Below are positions 60,560-64,000 of a DNA stretch of 64,000 nt, piece by piece (position 1 is the stretch's first letter; the number at the start of each line of letters is the position of its first letter). Made by a program: the position numbers and the translations under genes. The stretch is from an uncultured Chloroflexia bacterium. Its GTDB lineage: Bacteria > Chloroflexota > Limnocylindria > Limnocylindrales > CSP1-4. The notes beneath the pieces are model-generated. The model saw only the letters and a program-made list of their open reading frames with translations. It made no database searches and had not been told where the DNA came from. The stretch covers positions 96,001 through 160,000 of the forward strand of contig CAVVYR010000019.1 in the NCBI GenBank assembly GCA_963752475.1. Direction: 5' to 3'.

Positions 60560-61608
60560 TGCGCACGCTCACGCTCGGTCGACACGAGCCTCCGTTCTGG
60601 CCCACCGCGGTCCTCGCTACCCTCACCTGGGTCGTGGCCTGGTTCGCGGCCTGGCCGCTCAGCCAGTGGGTCGCCTTCGAGTTGCTGGGCCTGGAACACG
60701 GTAGCTCGTTGGGCGAGGCCATCGCCTTCTTCCTCTACGACGTGCCCAAGGTGCTCCTGCTCCTGCTGGGTGTCGTCACCATCGTCAGCTTCCTGCGCTC
60801 GTACGTGCCACCCGAGCGCGTTCGAGCCGCACTCGCCGGCCGCAGTGTCGTGGCCGGGACGATCGGAGCTGCGCTCTTCGGCGTCGTCACGCCCTTCTGC
60901 TCGTGTTCGGCCGTGCCCCTCTTCATCGGCTTCCTGCAGGCCGGCATCCCGGTCGGGGTCACGCTCGCCTTCCTCATCAGCTCGCCCCTCGTCAACGAGG
61001 TCGCGCTGGTCCTGCTGTGGGGCCTGTTCGGCTGGGAGATCGCGCTCATCTACATGGTCGCGGGCCTCTCGGTGGCCATCGTCGGCGGCCTCATCCTCGG
61101 GCGGCTGCCGCTCGAGCGACACCTCGAGCCATGGGTCCTGGAGGCGCGCCAGGCCGGTGGCGGCGCCCAGGTCATCGATGTCAGGGTCGCGACCGAGGAT
61201 CGCCTGCGCGAGGCCTGGTCCTCGACTCGCGACCTTGTGCGCAAGGTCTGGCCCTGGGTCGTGGTCGGCATCGGGGTCGGAGCCTTCATCCACGGCTACG
61301 TGCCCACGGATGTCATCGTCGACATCGGCGGCGCGGACAACCCCTGGGCTGTGCCCATCGTGACGGCGCTGGCGGTGCCGCTGTACGCGGGCGCTGCCGG
61401 CGTCATCCCCATCGTCGAGGCGCTCCTCGACAAGGGCCTGCCACTGGGCACGGTGCTGGCATTCATGATGGCCACCGTCGCCATCAGTCTGCCCGAGTTC
61501 CTCATCCTCCGGCGTGTCGCCAAGCCGGCGCTGCTGGCCGTCTTCCTCGGGGTCGTCGTCAGCGGGATCCTCGCGGTCGGCTATCTCTTCAACGCCCTCG
61601 GAACATGA
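60559..61608 (+). CDS. ArsP/DUF318-family permease
   Basis: TPFCSCSAVP, SSPLVNE, GAFIHGYVP, SLPE. Confidence 0.88.
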   Translation: MRTLTLGRHEPPFWPTAVLATLTWVVAWFAAWPLSQWVAFELLGLEHGSSLGEAIAFFLYDVPKVLLLLLGVVTIVSFLRSYVPPERVRAALAGRSVVAGTIGAALFGVVTPFCSCSAVPLFIGFLQAGIPVGVTLAFLISSPLVNEVALVLLWGLFGWEIALIYMVAGLSVAIVGGLILGRLPLERHLEPWVLEARQAGGGAQVIDVRVATEDRLREAWSSTRDLVRKVWPWVVVGIGVGAFIHGYVPTDVIVDIGGADNPWAVPIVTALAVPLYAGAAGVIPIVEALLDKGLPLGTVLAFMMATVAISLPEFLILRRVAKPALLAVFLGVVVSGILAVGYLFNALGT

Positions 61609-61637
61609 TGCGAGACAGCATCGGAAGGAGTCCATCC

Positions 61638-61877
61638 ATGGTGAAGATCGAAGTGCTCGGCTCCGGCTGCGCCAACTGCAAGGCCGTCGAGTCCAATGCC
61701 CGCGAGGCCGTCGCGATGGCCGGAGTAGAGGCGGAGATCCTGAAGGTCACCGACTACGCCGAGATCGCCTCCCGCGGAGTCATGAGCACGCCGGGGCTCG
61801 TGATCGACGGTGAGGTCCGCTCGACAGGCCGCGTCCCCAGCGCCGGCGATATCGCGGAGTGGCTCGTGCCGAGCTGA
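61638..61877 (+). CDS. small redox-active disulfide protein (thioredoxin_3 family)
   Basis: IEVLGSGCANC, GVMSTPGLVIDG. Confidence 0.9.
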   Translation: MVKIEVLGSGCANCKAVESNAREAVAMAGVEAEILKVTDYAEIASRGVMSTPGLVIDGEVRSTGRVPSAGDIAEWLVPS

Positions 61878-61905
61878 TCGGTGACGACCACCCAGGCATG
61901 ACGAA

Positions 61906-61932
61906 CGACCCCCGGGATGAACCCGGGGGTCG
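61906..61932. terminator. hairpin terminator
   Basis: CGACCCCCGGG...CCCGGGGGTCG between convergent genes. Confidence 0.65.
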
Positions 61933-61959
61933 TGCCTATGTCGCGGGGAGTGTGAGGGA

Positions 61960-63099
61960 CTAGCCCTGGACGCCCTTCTTCTTGAAGTGGCGGCGGCCGA
62001 TGGTCATGCCCGCGAAGACGAGCAGGTAGCAGGCGAGCACGAAGAAGCTGGCTGCGACCGAGGTCCCCTCGCCCTCCATGGCTGCCTCGATCCCGACGTC
62101 CATGGCTTCGAAGCCGGCCGAGATGGTGAAGATGCCGAGTGCGCCGAGGATGCCAAGGATGCTGAGCACGATGGCGAAGGCGCGACCCCAGCGGCGGTGC
62201 CCGAAGACGCCGACGGCGGCGATGAGGTGGATGATGCCGATGATGAGGAGGATGCCGCCAAAGGCGAAGATCCGCTCCTCGGTAGCTTCGACGTCAGCGA
62301 TGAGGTCCTGGGCGTCGGCGCTGAGCGTGACGTCTCCGAGCCAATCGGTGACGCTCTGTGCCCACAGCACGAGCGCGCCCGCGATGCCCCAGACGAAGCC
62401 CCAGGTGAGCAGGACCCACCCGGCGAGCACCGCCAGGAACGAGCGGTTGTATCCGCCCTCACCCTGTGCGTAGTACTGATCCTGGCCCGGCTGCGCATAG
62501 GCGTAGGGCTGGCCCGGCTGCGGCGGGTAGCCCGGCTGCTGCTGGCCGTACGCCGACTGGTCGTAGTAGCCCGGCTGCTGCTGGCCGTACGCCGACTGGT
62601 CGTAGTACTGCGGCTGCTGGTAGCCCTGCTGCTGGCCGTACGCCGACTGGTCGTAGTACTGCGGCTGCTGGTAGCCCTGCTGCGGCTGCTGCTCGTAGCC
62701 CTGCTGCGGCTGCTGCTCGTAGCCCTGCTGCGGCTGCTGATACCCCGGCTGCTGCTGTGCGTACTGCTGCTGCTGCTGGTAGGCCTGCTGATCGTAGCCC
62801 TGCTGCTGCTGCTCGTAGCCCTGCTGCGGCTGCTGATACCCCTGCTGCTGCTGTGCGTACTGCTGCTGCTGCTGCGCATCGGGCGCCGCGTAGGCCTGCG
62901 TGTCGGCCGGGTTGGCCGCTTGCTGGTAGGAGGAATCCGCGGACCAAGCGGCGTACTCGGCCGCTGCGTCCTGGCTCCCGCCGGCTGCTGGCTGTGACTG
63001 ATCCTGGCCTGGAGTCTGGTTCCAGGCCGAGGTGTCGCCGCTGCCCGAAGCGGGCGGCTGTGCCCCGCTCGCGTCGTTAGGCGGGTTGTTCTGATCCAT
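61960..63099 (-). CDS. membrane protein with Gln/Tyr/Gly-rich low-complexity N-terminus
   Basis: QQGY[E/Q]QQPQ and YYDQSAYGQQQ repeats followed by four TM segments. Confidence 0.75.
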   Translation of the reverse strand: MDQNNPPNDASGAQPPASGSGDTSAWNQTPGQDQSQPAAGGSQDAAAEYAAWSADSSYQQAANPADTQAYAAPDAQQQQQYAQQQQGYQQPQQGYEQQQQGYDQQAYQQQQQYAQQQPGYQQPQQGYEQQPQQGYEQQPQQGYQQPQYYDQSAYGQQQGYQQPQYYDQSAYGQQQPGYYDQSAYGQQQPGYPPQPGQPYAYAQPGQDQYYAQGEGGYNRSFLAVLAGWVLLTWGFVWGIAGALVLWAQSVTDWLGDVTLSADAQDLIADVEATEERIFAFGGILLIIGIIHLIAAVGVFGHRRWGRAFAIVLSILGILGALGIFTISAGFEAMDVGIEAAMEGEGTSVAASFFVLACYLLVFAGMTIGRRHFKKKGVQG

Positions 63100-63166
63100 G
63101 AGTTCCTCCCTGACTAGGCACGCGCAAGTGTACCCGGCCTCCAAGCCTGTGCGAATACGGCGGACA

Positions 63167-64000
63167 TCACCGTTCTGCAAAGATGTCGCGCAACTCGAAC
63201 GGCGCGGTCGTCTCGAGCTGGTCGTAGCGGCAGTCCGCGGGTGTCCTGTCGGGCCGCCACCGCGTGAAGGTGGTGGCGTGCCGGAAGCGATCGCCCTGCA
63301 GATGGTCGTAGGCTACTTCGACGACGCGCTCGGTCCGCAGCGGCTCCCAGGAGAGGTCCTTGCCGCGGTTCCAGCGCGAGGTGGCACCGGGCATGCGTTG
63401 GCCGGTGGCTTCGGCCTCGGCCGACCAGGCTGCCCACTCGCGCCAAGGGTGATCCTCGAGGGCGCGGTCGCGCAATGGCGCCAGCTCCGTTGCCAGCTCG
63501 GCCCGGCGATCCCACTTGAACGATGAGGTCACGCCGACGTGGTGCAGCGTCCCAGCATCGTCGTGGAGCCCGAGGATGAGTGAGCCCACGTGCGTCCCAG
63601 GCCCGTTCTTGTGCCAGCGGAAGCCGGCCATGACGCAGTCGGCCGTGCGCTTGTGCTTGATCTTGAGCATCCGCCGCTTGCCGGGCTCGTAGATGGCGTC
63701 CGCGGCCTTGGCGATGACGCCATCGAGGCCTGCCCCCTCGAAGCGCGCGAACCAGTCGGCCGCCAGGTCCCGCTCCCGCGTCAGCGGCGTCAGGTGCACG
63801 GGTGGTCGGGCCGCTGCCAGCATCTCTTCGAGTCGTGCCCGCCGCTCACTCTGAGGCGTCTCCAGGAGCGACGCATCGTCGAGCGCCAAGAGGTCCCAGG
63901 CCACGAATGACGCCGGCGTCTGCTCGGCGAGCATGTTCACGCGCGACTCGGCCGGGTGGATGCGCAGGAGCAGGGCGTCGAAGTCGAGGGCTCCATCGCG
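63167..64000 (-). CDS. ligC: ATP-dependent DNA ligase LigC-type (5' part outside window)
   Basis: FEGAGLDGVIAK, KIKHKRTADC, GSLILGL, RFRH..RWRPDR. Confidence 0.85.
   Translation of the reverse strand, partial: RDGALDFDALLLRIHPAESRVNMLAEQTPASFVAWDLLALDDASLLETPQSERRARLEEMLAAARPPVHLTPLTRERDLAADWFARFEGAGLDGVIAKAADAIYEPGKRRMLKIKHKRTADCVMAGFRWHKNGPGTHVGSLILGLHDDAGTLHHVGVTSSFKWDRRAELATELAPLRDRALEDHPWREWAAWSAEAEATGQRMPGATSRWNRGKDLSWEPLRTERVVEVAYDHLQGDRFRHATTFTRWRPDRTPADCRYDQLETTAPFELRDIFAER

Noticed and set aside
196-63910. Numerous long Arg/Ala/Pro-rich overlapping or antisense ORFs in the ORF track
   Set aside because: Shadow ORFs expected at about 70% GC, lying opposite or out of frame to well-supported genes
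55665-64000. LigD-Pol plus LigC as a novel repair system
   Set aside because: Both are known families; the genes are separated by unrelated genes and no Ku is seen

Overview
High-GC (about 70%) bacterial chromosome segment. Gene content and the style of the ECF sigma cassettes suggest Chloroflexota (Limnocylindria-like) or an actinobacterium; this is inference only. Many single-base indels split otherwise intact genes, which looks like an error-prone long-read assembly. Ordinary content: two sugar ABC clusters, a fucose-isomerase-like gene, GNATs, MFS, VapBC, a two-component/ABC exporter locus, ArsR-permease-thioredoxin, LigC and a LigD-type primase-polymerase, orphan Tad components, and tRNA-Arg(UCU). 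Most notable: (1) four ECF sigma/anti-sigma cassettes whose anti-sigma ORFs each carry an in-frame internal Shine-Dalgarno + ATG just before the hydrophobic segment, implying a second, exported isoform, with swappable extracellular domains; (2) a BlaI/BlaR1-like system whose sensor domain is an RTX-type Ca-binding repeat, with four TACGAC-N5-GTCGTA operators defining a small regulon; (3) a 1.58 kb integrase-less cassette bounded by a duplicated 5' half of tRNA-Arg, beside a recombinase-like remnant that reads into the tRNA; (4) a TadA/CpaF ATPase fused to an apparently non-catalytic Rid domain; (5) a cas-less array of four 27-bp repeats at an exact 51-bp period.
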